A stretch of DNA of 64,000 bases from Octopus vulgaris (Eukaryota), in assembly GCA_951406725.2 (NCBI GenBank), contig OX597824.1, forward strand, positions 48,484,001 through 48,548,000, in the 5' to 3' direction. This document shows positions 28,858-43,603 of this stretch, piece after piece (within the stretch, counting starts at the first letter, position 1; every line of letters starts with the position of its first letter). Below the pieces are notes generated by a model. That model was not told the DNA's origin, did no database searches, and was given only the letters and a program-made list of their open reading frames with translations. Both the position numbers and the translations under genes were made by a program.

Positions 28858-29540
28858 CTTTTTCTATGCGGTTAAGATCGGGTGATGAACACGGACAGTT
28901 ATACAATACACGTAAACCACCTATTCACGCAAGCTATGGAATAATGTGAAGTCGCCTGGTCTATAAATTAAGGCATTACACTTATTATCGCATGATTGTG
29001 ATATTGCGGTTTAGATTTCCAGACAGGGCGGTGTGTTGTGTTCTTGAACAAAACACTTTATTTCAAGTTGCTTCAGTTTACTCAGCTGTTAGTGAGTAAC
29101 CTCGTGACGGACTAGCGTCCCTTCAAAGGGTGATGTTATCAGCTCGTCTCTTATACGCCATGAAAACCCATGAAACCAGTTCTAGGACTCGATGACTATA
29201 CTTATTTTACGGAAAAGCAAAGTACAACATTCTTTTGGAATCGAGCACAACTACGGATGATCATATGTGTAGCAAAATTTCCTTCAGAATATCCAGATCT
29301 GTTTACGAGTTTAAGGATGTGTTTTGAGGAATTATCCAAATATATTTTATCTTTTACTTGCTTCAAACATTAGACTGCTATCTTGTTGGGGCACCGCCTT
29401 GCAGTGGAACGAATCGACCCCGACACATATATTTTTAAAGTCTGGTACTTATACTGTTGGTCTTGTTTGTCGAACCGCTACCACCATTTGTCAAGCTCTG
29501 GTGTGAGGCAAGCACAGATACAAAGACACACACGCACGCA

Positions 29541-29588
<48 letters not shown>

Positions 29589-29592
29589 CAGA

Positions 29593-30829
29593 CAGACATG
29601 CAGGAAGTAAATACACACCTTTGATTTTCAAAATCTTATATTTAATACGCAAAGCGAACAATCGGAATGTAATCGATAGGTAGAACTACACACTTTAGTA
29701 TTTAGTTGTCATTCCCTTTGCAGTTTTTATTTCAGAAACTCTTTTTGGCATTGAACTGATGAGCATTGTGATTGCCTCTTGTGGAATTTCTGCCCACTTT
29801 TCACGTAACAATCGAAGCAATTCATCTTTAGATTTAGGTTTCTGTCGAGCTTTTCGTATAGCTCTATCTAGTATGCGCCAAAGATTTTCAATTGGGTTCA
29901 TGTCAGGAGATTGACTCGGCCAAGGAAGCTTTTTGATCCCATTTTCAGCCAGCCATTGTTGATTCTTTTTCGCCGTGTGGCATGGAGCCCCGTCTTCCAT
30001 GAATAAAATCTCATTTTTTGTTATGTTATCGTGTGAATATATCGGATGTAGTCCTTGCTCAAATATTTCGATGTACTTTTTAGAGTTTGTGGTTCCAACA
30101 CATTCGATCAGCTCAGAACGTCCATTGCTGGTGACAGCTCCCCATACCATTACAAAGATACCGCCATGTTTCACAGTTGGTTGGAGTCGTTTCAAATCAA
30201 ATTCTTGATTGGGAAGCCTCCAGACCAAAACACGTCCACTGTCTGAAAATAATGCAAATCTGGATTCATCTGAGAAAATCACTCTATCCCGAAATGAACT
30301 GGATTTTTCGGACATCTCCTTAGCCTATTTCTTTATTTCCATGATATTAATTGGTTGAAGGAGAAGTTTTCTTTCAGCTGCTCGTCCATAATACCCAAGC
30401 TTATGCAGATATGTAACACACGTTCTTGGACTAACTTCTAGCTGTTTTGCAATGTCAAAAGCCTTCGAACGGGGTTCATTTTCCACAATTCTCTTCAAAC
30501 AGCGAAGCTTCATTTCCGAGGACCCAGGTCGGCCGGGACAAGAATCTGTTGATTTTTTTCCTTGTCTTTTGAATTGCACTATAATTCTATTAACAGTAGC
30601 AAGAGGAATTTGAAGATTTTCGGCGATTTTACACTGGCTAAGACCAGCCATAGATTACCCAACAATACCACCTCTTTGAAAATCTGACATTTTTGGGCGT
30701 GGCATGGTTACTCTTCACAGATGTTTAATATAATGGCACCAGGAATAAAAACGAATAGTTACATTGTAAATTCTACACCGCTGAAAACATTAAGACGCTT
30801 GGATCAGATATTTACTTCCTGCATGCCTG
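29593..30829 (-). mobile_element. full-length Tc1 (DD34E) transposon
   Basis: TIRs CAG(A/G)CATGCAGGAAGTAAATA at both ends, TA on the right; FSDESRF, FMEDGAPCH and SPDMNPIENLW, with 34 residues between D and E. Confidence 0.96.
29695..30705 (-). pseudogene. Tc1 transposase, single frame with two premature stops
   Basis: ATG at 30705 ([16 protein letters not shown]). ORFs 30325-30651 and 29695-30315 share one frame and are separated by a TAG where W is expected. Confidence 0.92.
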
Positions 30830-30831
30830 TA

Positions 30832-30895
<64 letters not shown>

Positions 30896-31520
30896 CATAC
30901 ATAATACATACATACATACATACATACATACATACATACATACATACATACATACATACATCACTGCTATAATCAATAACGAGCCACCTTTAGGTCACTT
31001 GACCATTTAACATCCTATTACTATCATATCACCGGCATTCCCTTATTATTCTCCCTTCTCTTTCTCCTTCTTCTTCGACTTCTTCCTTTCCGCTACCTCC
31101 TTCCTAACTTTACTACTATTGCTGTTTAGAATAACACCTACGCAAATTTTATAAACAATACATTCCAAAGAGATGTCTCAAGAATTCAGTCACTACTACC
31201 ATTCACAACACCCCGCTTTCAGGGCACTTGACCATTTAATATCCTACTACTATCATGGCAATTCCACATTCTCCCCCCTCCCCCTCCCCCTCCTCCTCCT
31301 CCTCCTTCTTCTTCTTCTTCTTCTTCTTCTTCTTCTTCTTCTTCTTCTTCTTCTTCTTCTCTGCCAAGAATTCACAACGACCTCGAACCCACAAGCGTAA
31401 ACAAGAGAGACAGAGACAGTCAGAAACAAGGAAAATGCCCCTTGTATTTGAATACTATGCAAATATTCTTTTAAAACTTTTCTTTTAATTTCTCCAAAAT
31501 TTAATTGTTTTCCATACTTA

Positions 31521-31556
31521 CAGTTGAAAAAGTCTCAATGACTGAAACCGGTACTG
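31521..31556 (+). ncRNA. degenerate minimal hammerhead motif in a Penelope-type terminal fragment
   Basis: CAG-TTGAAAA(for CTGAAGA)-AGTC-TCAAT-GACT-GAAA-C-CG-GTA^CTG. Stems I and II are intact with palindromic ACCGGT; two core substitutions. Confidence 0.6.
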
Positions 31557-31644
31557 AAATGTTTTTTATAAAATTATTTTAGGATTTTCTACCTTGACTT
31601 TTTTCCATATATATCAACTCGTGTGTTCTTTTTCAACCTTCTAC

Positions 31645-31739
<95 letters not shown>

Positions 31740-32837
31740 CGACAGGTTTTTTTCAGTTTTTGTTTACCATACCCACACACGAGCTTTCGTCGGCCTGGGA
31801 TTATAATACAAGATATTTTCCCAAGGTGTAACGAACTGGGATCGAATCTGGAGCCATATGTTTGAGAGGGAAACTTCTTACTACATAGGCATGCCTTCAC
31901 TTCTCTTGCAGAATTTCCCCCTTTTGTATCATGCTTTGCCATTGCTTGGGATTGTACCATTACTTCGATGGACGACGAACAAATGGTGCTTAGATGCGAA
32001 TTGCTTAATGGATGTTCAATAACTAAACACGAGGCAGAGCCAGTCCTCTTTAGTCCTATTTTCATTATTCTTGCAAATTTTCAGACGATCCAAGATGGTT
32101 TTCCATTTTTCTTTTTTAACAGCTTTTTCGCTGGACTTCTTGCAATTAGACTGAAGTCTATGAACACAACGCCTTATTGTTGTAATGTAGATGTTAGTAT
32201 TGCTAGCACATGTGTTTGTAGTACTACTCGGATTAAATTATGGTACTGTTCAGATTATATTATAGTACTGCTCGGATTAAATGGCGATACAAAACAAAGA
32301 CAATGAATCGTGCAACCCATATAAAGATATGTTGCACAAGATCTACTTGCTTTATTAAACGATTTGTAGCCATCAAAATACCAACAGATACATTTAGTTC
32401 AGTTCATGTCTTTCGAAAAGATTAGTCAATCTTTCTCCATAGCAACAATTTTCATCCTTTTGTTTTTTATGACAATTCCAGAAATTTATGAAATATTGAT
32501 GTGCCTTACACTATGAAAAATGTCAAGTACAAGTCGAAATTATGCAATAATATTTCATGTTGGGAATTCGTCAGCGATTGAGTAACAGCTTTAAATGTCC
32601 ACGCAGATATTGCTTATAAACCCATTATTCATAAGGGTTTAAGAATGATAAATTGCTCAGGCCTTATTTCAATGCTGTATGGCACAACTCAACAGACACA
32701 CACACACTCATACACACACACGCAAACACGCACGAAGACACACATAAACACATAACCACGTTCACACGTATGTATGTGTGTATGTATTGTGTATGTATGT
32801 GTGTATGTATGTATGTACGTAAATCTTTTAGCTTTTA

Positions 32838-33210
32838 TCTTTTACTTGTTTCAGCCATTTGTCTGCGGCCATGTTAGAGCACCGTATTGAAGAATTTTTA
32901 GTCGAATAGATCGATCCACCCCAGTAATTATGTTTTTAAAACATGGTACGTATTCTATCGCTAAGTTACGGGGAGGTAAACGTACCAGCAGCGGTTGTCA
33001 AGTGGTAATGGCGGAAAAACACAGACACAAAGACACACACACACGTGCGCGCGCATTCATATATATACAACGAGTTTCTTTCAGATTCCGTCTGCCAAAT
33101 CCACTCAAAAGGCTTTGGTCCGCTCGAGGCTATAGTAGAAGACACTTGCCCAAGGTAGCACGCCCTGGAATTGAACTTCGAACCATGTGGTTGGGAAGCA
33201 AACTTCTTGC
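32838..33210 (-). mobile_element. SINE family A
   Basis: Tail and head match other family A copies. Confidence 0.85.
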
Positions 33211-33218
33211 AACATACA

Positions 33219-33283
<65 letters not shown>

Positions 33284-33569
33284 TGGCTAGGTGGTTAGAG
33301 TAATCGGTTCACCAGCTTAAAGTCATGAGTTCGATTCCCAGCAGCGCATTGTGCCCTTGAGCAACACAATTTATTTCACTAGTTGTATATGTAAGCCAAA
33401 GGACTGGCCTTTGCGTGTCACGTTAACTATCCCTGAGAACAACATTAAGGTACCCGTATCTGTGGTGTACTCAGCCACTTGCTCATTAATTTTAGGAGCA
33501 GGGTGTTTCGTTGATCGGATCAATTGGAGCACTCGTCGTTGTAACCGACGACGTAATATATATAACGGT

Positions 33570-33601
<32 letters not shown>

Positions 33602-33674
33602 GATCTCTTGAGCACCACCAGCAAAAAAAATTTTTTCCTCTGTCTTCCCTTCTCGGGATCTTTCCTTCTCCTTT

Positions 33675-33709
33675 GTTTCCGACGAAGAGCTCCGCTCGAA
33701 ACGTTAAAC
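33675..33709 (+). ncRNA. minimal hammerhead-like motif (U4C variant, extra A before stem II)
   Basis: GTTT-CCGACGA-A-GAGC-TCC-GCTC-GAAA-C-GTT^AAAC, inside a ~205-bp insert (33602-33807) bounded by (TA)n. Confidence 0.65.
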
Positions 33710-33802
33710 CCTCCTTCCCTTCTTTCCTGAGCGTCAAATAATACTTTAATTGTTCCACGTCCTCGCGTTGCTGTGTTTTTTTCTGTGTTTTCTTGTTTGG
33801 AT

Positions 33803-34350
<548 letters not shown>

Positions 34351-34383
34351 GTATATGTATATGTGTGTATGCATGTATATATA

Positions 34384-34531
34384 GTTCAAATCTATAAAAA
34401 TATAATGACGAAGAAAGGAGTGCATTACTTTGACGCTCGGGAAAATGGAAAGGTCTTTTACGCTTCAAGCCTACGCTCTTCGACTGAAGGGAATAAAGAA
34501 AATAAACAGAAAAAGAATGAAAAAAGAACGT

Positions 34532-34535
<4 letters not shown>
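34384..34535 (-). mobile_element. Penelope-type terminal fragment related to 33602-33807, with decayed hammerhead motif
   Basis: Minus strand CCTT-CAGTCGA-A-GAGC-GTAG-GCTT-GAAG-C-GTA-AAAG; shared downstream TTCC(C/T)GAGCGTCAAA. Confidence 0.6.
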
Positions 34536-34586
<51 letters not shown>

Positions 34587-34587
34587 C

Positions 34588-36089
34588 TTATAGAAGATTA
34601 ACCAAACATTAAGACTAGATACGTCATACATATTTAGATTTATCTAATATCTATCTTTCATGAAAATTTCAAGTGAATGGAATAGATATTTCGTAAGTCC
34701 TAAGGAAATAAACAAATGATCTTCCAAACTGCAACGGCCTAAAGTTAAGGGTCACTTAGAAAAACAGTGAAAAATGGAACAAAGAACAAAGAAGAAACAT
34801 TTACTATTAATATTTTGGAAACATCCTTTTACTAACAATGACTTTCTGACATCTGATACCACAGGACTGAATTAATTTCTTGCAAAATGATGGTGTAATA
34901 TTGTTCCATTCGTTTTTCAATAATTCCCAGAGTTCATATTAGTTCTTTGGATTTCCCCTTCGTGCCCCATCTCTAATAATCTTCCAAACGTTTTCTACAC
35001 GGTTGAGATCGGGACTTTGAGGTGGCCAGTCCATGAGATCAACCCCTTCGTCACATCCAGAAATCTTTGACACTCTTCGCAGTGTGACAAGGAGCGTTGT
35101 CCTGCACAAAGATAGAAGGTTGAACAGGTGAGGGTCGGAGATGTAGAAGGGCATACTGTCTAAGAATCTGTTTGTAGATTTCAGCATTGATAGTCCCTTG
35201 CAGGCGAATAAGTAGACCAGGACCAGCAGCAGAGATCACTCTCCATACCATTACACTCTCTTCACACATGCACGAGATAACCTTTCGCAACTTCCTCGTC
35301 GGATGTATATCCCACCATCGGAACCAGTCACAATAAACTCCGATTCATCACTAAAATGAACCTGCGAGCACTGTTCTTCTGTCCAAACGATACGATTCTT
35401 CTTGGAGATAAGACGTTTCTTTGCCGGTGCCCGAGCAAGTAACCCAGAACTTCGTAACCTCCGAAAAACTGTTTTGCACGATACGTTGACATCGGATGTG
35501 AAGCTAAACTCGCGGGATATCTCAGCAGCACTCTTATACCTCTGTTTCAGTGACTTTCTAACCAAAATACGATCCTGTCTTGGTGAAGTTTTACCAGGTC
35601 TACCAGTTTTGTATTCGATCCTGATGACTTAAAACGCGCTACAATATATTGAACTACACTTCTAGACCTTCCTACAGTAGTTGCTATCACAGAATTTGAC
35701 TTGCCCTCTTGGTGAAGGCACACGGTCCTTTGTTTTCATCACTGAATACCGGTCGTCTCCCATAATCCGCCATGTTGACAGTTGAATGTTCCAATAATGT
35801 AAGATCATAAGAAGTAACTGTTAGCCCATTAACAGTCTTCTAAACAACAAATACCTCGGTTAGTAGTTCATTTTTTTCTAAGTGATCTTTAACTTTTGGC
35901 CGTTGCAATTTGGAAAATTATTTGTTTATTTCTTCATAACTTACGAAATATTTATCCCATTCAGTTGAAATTATCACGAGATATAGATATTAGATATATC
36001 TAAATACGTGTAAAATATCTAATCTCAACGTTTTGTTAATCTTCTATAATAACGATTTCTTACTGACCCTTATATTCTGGCCGCTACTG
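34588..36089 (-). mobile_element. Tc1 transposon with long IR/DR termini, frameshifted
   Basis: About 180 bp of inverted repeat survives (34588-34765 vs within 35872-36089), with inner and outer direct repeats CGGCC..A..TAAGGGTCA. Peptides HFSDES, VMVWRVIS, FVQDNAPCH, WPPQSPDLNRVENVW. Confidence 0.93.
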
Positions 36090-36106
36090 TGTGTACAGAC
36101 AAGACA

Positions 36107-36187
<81 letters not shown>

Positions 36188-36253
36188 GTAGACAGATTTT
36201 TATAGCTCACACTTTGTAAACAGACATTATATATATATATATATATATATATA

Positions 36254-36525
36254 AAGTATAGGAAAGAATGGAGCTGAACGAAGATTTAACAAAATTCCTT
36301 TATTTTATTTTCGAAATAAATAAATAAAATAAAGGAATTTTGTTAAATCTTCGTTCAGCTCCATTCTTTCCTATACTTAATATGTTAAACTTCAAATTTC
36401 CGCACTAAGGCACGGAGTTTATGCCCTATGGTCGTAACTTCAACCGTGCTTTTTCTGTTGTGAGTTTGCTACCCAGGTATCGGTTAACTTTCGAATTATC
36501 CGTAATAAGATAATTCATTTGTTTA

Positions 36526-36530
<5 letters not shown>
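36254..36530 (+). mobile_element. solo Penelope pLTR with 57-bp perfect inverted duplication
   Basis: 36322-36530 is homologous to 26126-26340; 36254-36310 is the exact reverse complement of 36322-36378; inserted in (TA)n. Confidence 0.85.
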
Positions 36531-36586
<56 letters not shown>

Positions 36587-36839
36587 GATGGTACTGTTAT
36601 CTTTGTGAAACCCCAAGTAACAGCGGTTTTATAATATCTACAACTAGCACTAATGATTTATTTATAGCAACCAAATGTACATGCCGTATATTAGTTCACT
36701 CTCTCCATCAAATCGACGTTGCCTGAAGAGATGCATGGTGTACCACTCGTCAGGTGTCGAAATGATCGCAGAGCAACGTGAAATGAAGTGTTTTGCTCAA
36801 GAACATAACGCACCACCTGCAAATAACATACACATACAA

Positions 36840-37260
<421 letters not shown>

Positions 37261-37652
37261 AAAAAAGGCAGTAAAAGAATACAAGTAAATTCAACGCAGA
37301 TCACATCAACACCTTATGTTTGCCGGTGGCCTGGGTCCGGGAGAACAGGGATACGAATATAAGGGGAGAGTATAAGGGAAAAGAAATGGAGAAAATGCAA
37401 ACTGAAGAATTGAGAGAGAGGGGGAAGAACGAGAGGAAGAGAGAGAGAGAGAGAGAAAGTGTTTAGAAAGACAAGAAGAGACTTAGATGCGTATTTGTAA
37501 GTAATCCTTGCTTGCAGGTTAAATATGCGTTGGTCTATGTGGTGTGTGTGTGTGTGTGTGTGTGAATGCATTCTTGTTTTTAAGGGAAATCAAGAAACGG
37601 CAAGTCTGTTTGCATGTGTGTGAGAGTGGGAGGGAGAGAAAGGAAACGAGAC

Positions 37653-37692
<40 letters not shown>

Positions 37693-38184
37693 AAAGAAAG
37701 AGAGAGAAAAGAAACGAGACTAGACAGATATATATATATATATATATAAGAAACGAGATTAGACAGAGAGAGGGAGAGAGAGAGAGAGACGAAAAGAAAG
37801 GTAGCGAGAAAGTTTGTTGGAGAAGCAAACTGGCTGCAACAGAGTGGGAGGGAGAGAGTGTGGGAGGGAGAAGGAAAGAAAAAGAAAATAAATATATAGA
37901 CAATGACTGATGTATAACTTCCCCCCATCAGAAAATGTTGACCTCCCCCGTCCCTCCCCCACTACACAATAAAGAAAATATCATTAGTTCCAGTATGAAT
38001 TATTTGTTTGTTTTCCTATCTTATTATTTTTAATTATATTTCTCAGCCCATTATATTTCTCTTTCATCAATTTTGGCTTCTGTTCTATCTTCACTGCTCT
38101 CTTCTTGTTTAACCTACCTTCCGATCGACCTATGAAATATCTACCTCACTATAACCCATCTACCTACTTTCCTCCCTTCCTTTG

Positions 38185-38419
<235 letters not shown>

Positions 38420-39208
38420 ATATATATATATATATATTTTTATCTATCTATATGTAAGTCTATCTGTCTATCTATTTGTCTATCTATCTATCTGTCTATC
38501 TGACTATCTGTCTATCTATCTATCTGTCTGTCTGTCTGTCTGTCTATCAATCTATCTATCTGCCTACCTACCTAGCTTCCTACATACTCTACTACGCACC
38601 TACCCACCAACGTACTGAGCATTCTCTTCTAGCTACAAGCGTACTTAACATTCCTCCCGTACCATTCGTCCCACCCGTCCCATCCACCCGTCTACCTTAC
38701 CTATTCGTCTATCTACCTGCTCAGCTTCACGTATACTTACCCACCTACCACCTACCAACTTACCAAATTGCCTGCGTTTCTATCCTAACATCAGTCATTT
38801 TCTTTCAAGACAATGAAACGAACTATGTAGCGTGGAATTGTTTTTGATTGGGCCACATTACCCTAAAAATCAAAACAAATACTAAGAGAAAAAACTAATA
38901 ACAAAAGGACCAGAGAAATTAAAACAATGGGAGTCTTCTCCCGCAAATTGAAACTTTTCCTCATTCAAAATGGTTTTTCCATACCATAATTCCATCGACA
39001 GACAGAAATCTATGGTTTTTAAGAGAGGAAAACAAGATGCCATACTTAGACGCAGGCTTGGTTATGTGGTAAGAAGTTTGCTTCCCAACCACATGTTTCC
39101 GGGTTCAGTTCCACTGCTTGGAATCTTTGGCAACTATCTACTGCTATAGTCTCGACCCGACCAAAGCCTTGTGAGCGAATTTGGTAGATGGAAATTGAAA
39201 GAAGTCTG

Positions 39209-39251
<43 letters not shown>

Positions 39252-39609
39252 GCCTAATCATATCAAAAGGGAAATGGAATTTAATTAGATTTAAAATATT
39301 CAATCAAAATTTACATTTCCAGTGGTCTAATGTGCAAAAACTTTGTCAAAAGACTATATATTAATTATACGATAGTGTAAAATTATACACATAAGGAATC
39401 TACACCTAGGGTGAAGATTCAGCACATTAGAGAGCCACAAAAATAGTGGATAAGATTCGACAAGAACAAAAATTTGAAAATGAAAAACATTTACCATTTA
39501 TTACCCCATATATATATAGAAATTCAACAACAATTGAGGAACGGCCTCAGTAGGCCATTCGACCTACTAGAAAGAGCAGCCAGGACTCAAACCGCCAAGT
39601 AGTAGTAGT

Positions 39610-39796
39610 TCAGAAATTAAAGGAAGATTAAAAAACATTTACCCTATTCATCTTTAGACAATGCATTGTTTCGACGTTTTTAATGGCAAACCAACCTAAT
39701 TAAATTAAATTAAACTTAATCAAGTCAATCTACCAATGGCTCGTCTCATCGATGAGACGAACCATTGGTAGATTGACTTGATTAAGTTTTAATTTA

Positions 39797-39801
<5 letters not shown>
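39610..39801 (-). mobile_element. Penelope-type terminal fragment with truncated hammerhead and loopless palindrome
   Basis: Minus strand GATGA-GACG...CGTC-GAAA-C-AATGCATT-GTC; arms 39701-39750 and 39751-39801 differ by 1 mismatch and 1 indel. Confidence 0.75.
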
Positions 39802-39837
<36 letters not shown>

Positions 39838-40176
39838 TTCAGCAAAATTTAGATTCAAATGAATATGGTATTTAAGTATATGGTATTCAAATGAATATGG
39901 TAGCAGTTCAAAACAACTGAATATTCTGAATATTCTTCAGTCAGTTGATAAACTCTACTACCTTAATGTTCTTAAAATTTAAATCGACATATATATCTAC
40001 CTTCTCTATAATTTTATCAATTGATATGAAAATTATGTATTAATGGAAAACCTCTATTAATGGCGGATGATTGCTCAACCTTTTAAAACTGTTGTAATAC
40101 TTACAACATTTAATAAAATGATGTAGCGTGAAACGATCGTACCAAATTACCGAAGTTATTCTTGTTGCTTATTTTG

Positions 40177-40217
<41 letters not shown>

Positions 40218-42336
40218 CTTATGTATGTATGTATATATACACACGTGCGCGTGTGTGTACGTGTCTAAGTATACATATGTGTATACATACACATATGTAT
40301 GTGTCTTTGTATTTGTGTTTGTTCCTTACCACTACTTGACACCGGTGTTGCTGTGTTTACGTCCCAGTAACATAGCAGTTCGGCAAACGAAGTCGTTGGA
40401 AAAAATACCAGGCTTTAATAAAAGAAAAGAAAAGAAGAAAAGAAAAATGAGTATTGAGGTCGACTAAAATTTTTCAAGGTGGTGCCCCAGTTTGGTCGCA
40501 GTCTGATAACTGAAACAGGTAAAAGAACAAAATAAAGAATACTTTTCATGCGTTTTTTTTTTATCAAGAGAAAATAGAACGCTATTCTCGACCCACTGAA
40601 GGAATCTCTACCTTGCCGTTTGACTAGCTAGAAATAACAATCCCACGGAAATCGTACCCCATCTCTCTCATACATAAGGTATTACGAGATGGTCACACTG
40701 GAATGCCTTTGATCTTAGACCTGCTTGAACGAGGCTTGAAGATTAAACAAACTAGAAAGCGAATCAAGTATTTGGTTGGCTAAAATCCTCAGTTACTATA
40801 TACTACACTTTTTGTAAAAACCCTTTTTATTCTTAATGTTCCATAACATTGCAGATGAAACAATGTGGATTACTCTAGCTTTTTGAAATTATGTTTGAAG
40901 AGGATACTATGTTTAATCGTTATTTGTTTCTTGTTAATGTATCAACGTTATCCAAAGTGTAAACATCTTTTCTTCAAACCGACTAACAATAAAATGCCAT
41001 CTGAATACGAAGCAACAACATTTTGGCTTAATCTGGTTTTGTTTGGTTTGGTTTTGAGGGATGTGTCGATGGGCTTCTACAGTGCCTCTCAGTCCATTGT
41101 GATTTACGCTGTTAACGTCCCTCTTTATTAATCACACGGCGGCGGTTGTAGGAGAAAAGCATGTGCACGAGGTGGGAATTCCAGAGGGCCAACGTTTTAG
41201 GAAGAATGGACTAGCTGCAATGGTTGATATGGAGTGCTCCAACATGGCCGCAGTCAAATGACTGAAACAGGCAAAAGAATAAAAGAAAAATACTAATAGT
41301 CATTAATATCGGTTTTCCTTGCCAGTATTATTATTTCTAATTGACTTTAAAAGTATAGTTGACACTAAATTTGTTAACACTAATTTGACGTTCCCCGTCG
41401 CTTTTGAGACTTTTGTGCTTCACGTCACTAATCTGTACTTCACATATCTCTTAACTGCTTCACATTTCTATTTACTATTTTATATATTACGTTAGGAGGC
41501 TGTTATAGATGAAATGCAAATGAGTAAGTACCTCCTTTCTTTTTTTCTTTTTCATATGAAATATTCAAATTCTAAATTCATGGGACTCAACTCGGAACCA
41601 TGTGGTTGGGAAGCAAGCTTCTTATCACACAGCCACCTCTGCGCCCATATGGATGTATATATTTCCTGGCAACAATGCGAATGGCCACTGCAGATATGTT
41701 CATGATTAAAGCATAGCATTCATGGTTTGTACTCGTCGAAGAAGGAGTGCACAAAGCAGGTAGATACGTGAAACACAAAAAGTAGATGTAATTCTTTGCT
41801 AGCGTTATTTTACCACGTTGCCCAACCAAAGATGACGCCTTTACCAAACTTCATATCGGAATATCGGATAATGTGGTGAAACAATTATAATTACAATTAA
41901 TTATAATCACATCTGTAGTGAAGAAAAAATTTGTTTTAATTCATTTAAAATAAAACGCTGATGGTCTTAATCCTGATTGCTGGTAGTTACGACAATTCTG
42001 GATACATTTCACTCTTAATAGATTTCATCAGTGAAGCGTAGGCGTAACATCAATGTGAGATTTTAGATAACGTGAAAGATTTCTAGAATTATTGGGAAGG
42101 AACATTGAGAGATGCAATAACTTAAAAGTATCACAGGGCTAAAATATTCAGGGTCATCTGCTGCATGAAAAAGGAATAGTAAAGTGAATGCTGACATACT
42201 TGATATAGGTAAGCCAAATGTCGTTGCCTTTCTCCTGACGCGTATTTGCCCCAGCTGGTCTAGAGAAAGCGGTGGGCAAGATGAGAATTAGCTTTCAAAC
42301 GGGAGAACAAAATAGAAATAAAACTCTTAATGAGGG

Positions 42337-42423
<87 letters not shown>

Positions 42424-43550
42424 GACAGAGACAAAAGGATGAGGGAGGGAGAGCGAGAGGGGTAGAATGAAGGATGTAAGGTGTAACTAATTGAAATTTA
42501 GTAATATTGTAAATGTATAACTTTTTGAGGGCAGAACGTAGCATCCAAGAAAAGAATAGTTTATTTAAAAGGAGCAAGGATTTGAAAGCACGATAAACAA
42601 TGTCGTAAAAAAGTGAGAACAAAATCAGTAGTTAAATAAAGAGACTTCCGAACCTTATTTATGTCTGTTTCTTCTATGTCGTTTGTTTTATGATATGTAA
42701 GAGTTATATTTTTCTTCCAAGGATATTTGCAAATGAACTTACGTTATATATACTAATACTAACTTAAAAGCGTGGAGACTGCAGTCTATTCAATATTTAG
42801 ATGTTAAGTAACCCAGTAATTCTCATATACGTGCAAGTATGCATGCATATGTATATGCGAGTGTGTGCTTGCGTGCTTGCGCGCGCACGTGTGTGGGCGT
42901 CTATTTACATTTATATTTTTCTGTTCTCTTAACTCTCGAATCTTCTGCATAATTTACTATGCTTTACTTTCTCTTTTCTCGGCTATATATTTTTTTTCAT
43001 TGATTTCCCATCTTGTATCTTATCCCTTCTCTCTTAACTTGATTTTCAATCGCTCCACCTTTTATCTCTTTATCTCTCGAAAGCCACAACATTGACAAAG
43101 GGAAAGGAAAAGAAAAACAAAAGAAGGGAAATCCGTTCAGAATAATTAACGCAATTTCCTAACAGGTTTCCAATAGCAAAGTCATCTAAAAGGCATTGTA
43201 TTCACACTGGTATAGATATTATTCATAAAGCTAGTGTCACGGATATTTTCTCCAAGAAGGCCATAAAACACATTGAATTAATTCGTATCAATGAAATAAG
43301 TTTTAAGGCGTTCTCCCAATTATCATATACAAATATTATTTGTCCATCAAACCATCACGGTCACCACGGTACATATCCCCGGTTCTGTGTGCTATTAAAC
43401 GTTCCTGAGCTTGGCAAAAGACCAGCAATCTTAAAGAGAGAACGTCAGCCGACACCATCGATCACAGTATGACTATTTTATCGACTCTGAAGGGACGAAA
43501 AGCAAAGGTGACTTCGGTGGTATATGAACTCAGTATTTTTGTAAACGTGT

Positions 43551-43603
<53 letters not shown>

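Noticed and set aside
41650-42215. Unique coding-like stretch ending at AG|GTAAGC
   Set aside because: No sustained open frame or recognisable motif; cannot be supported as an exon.
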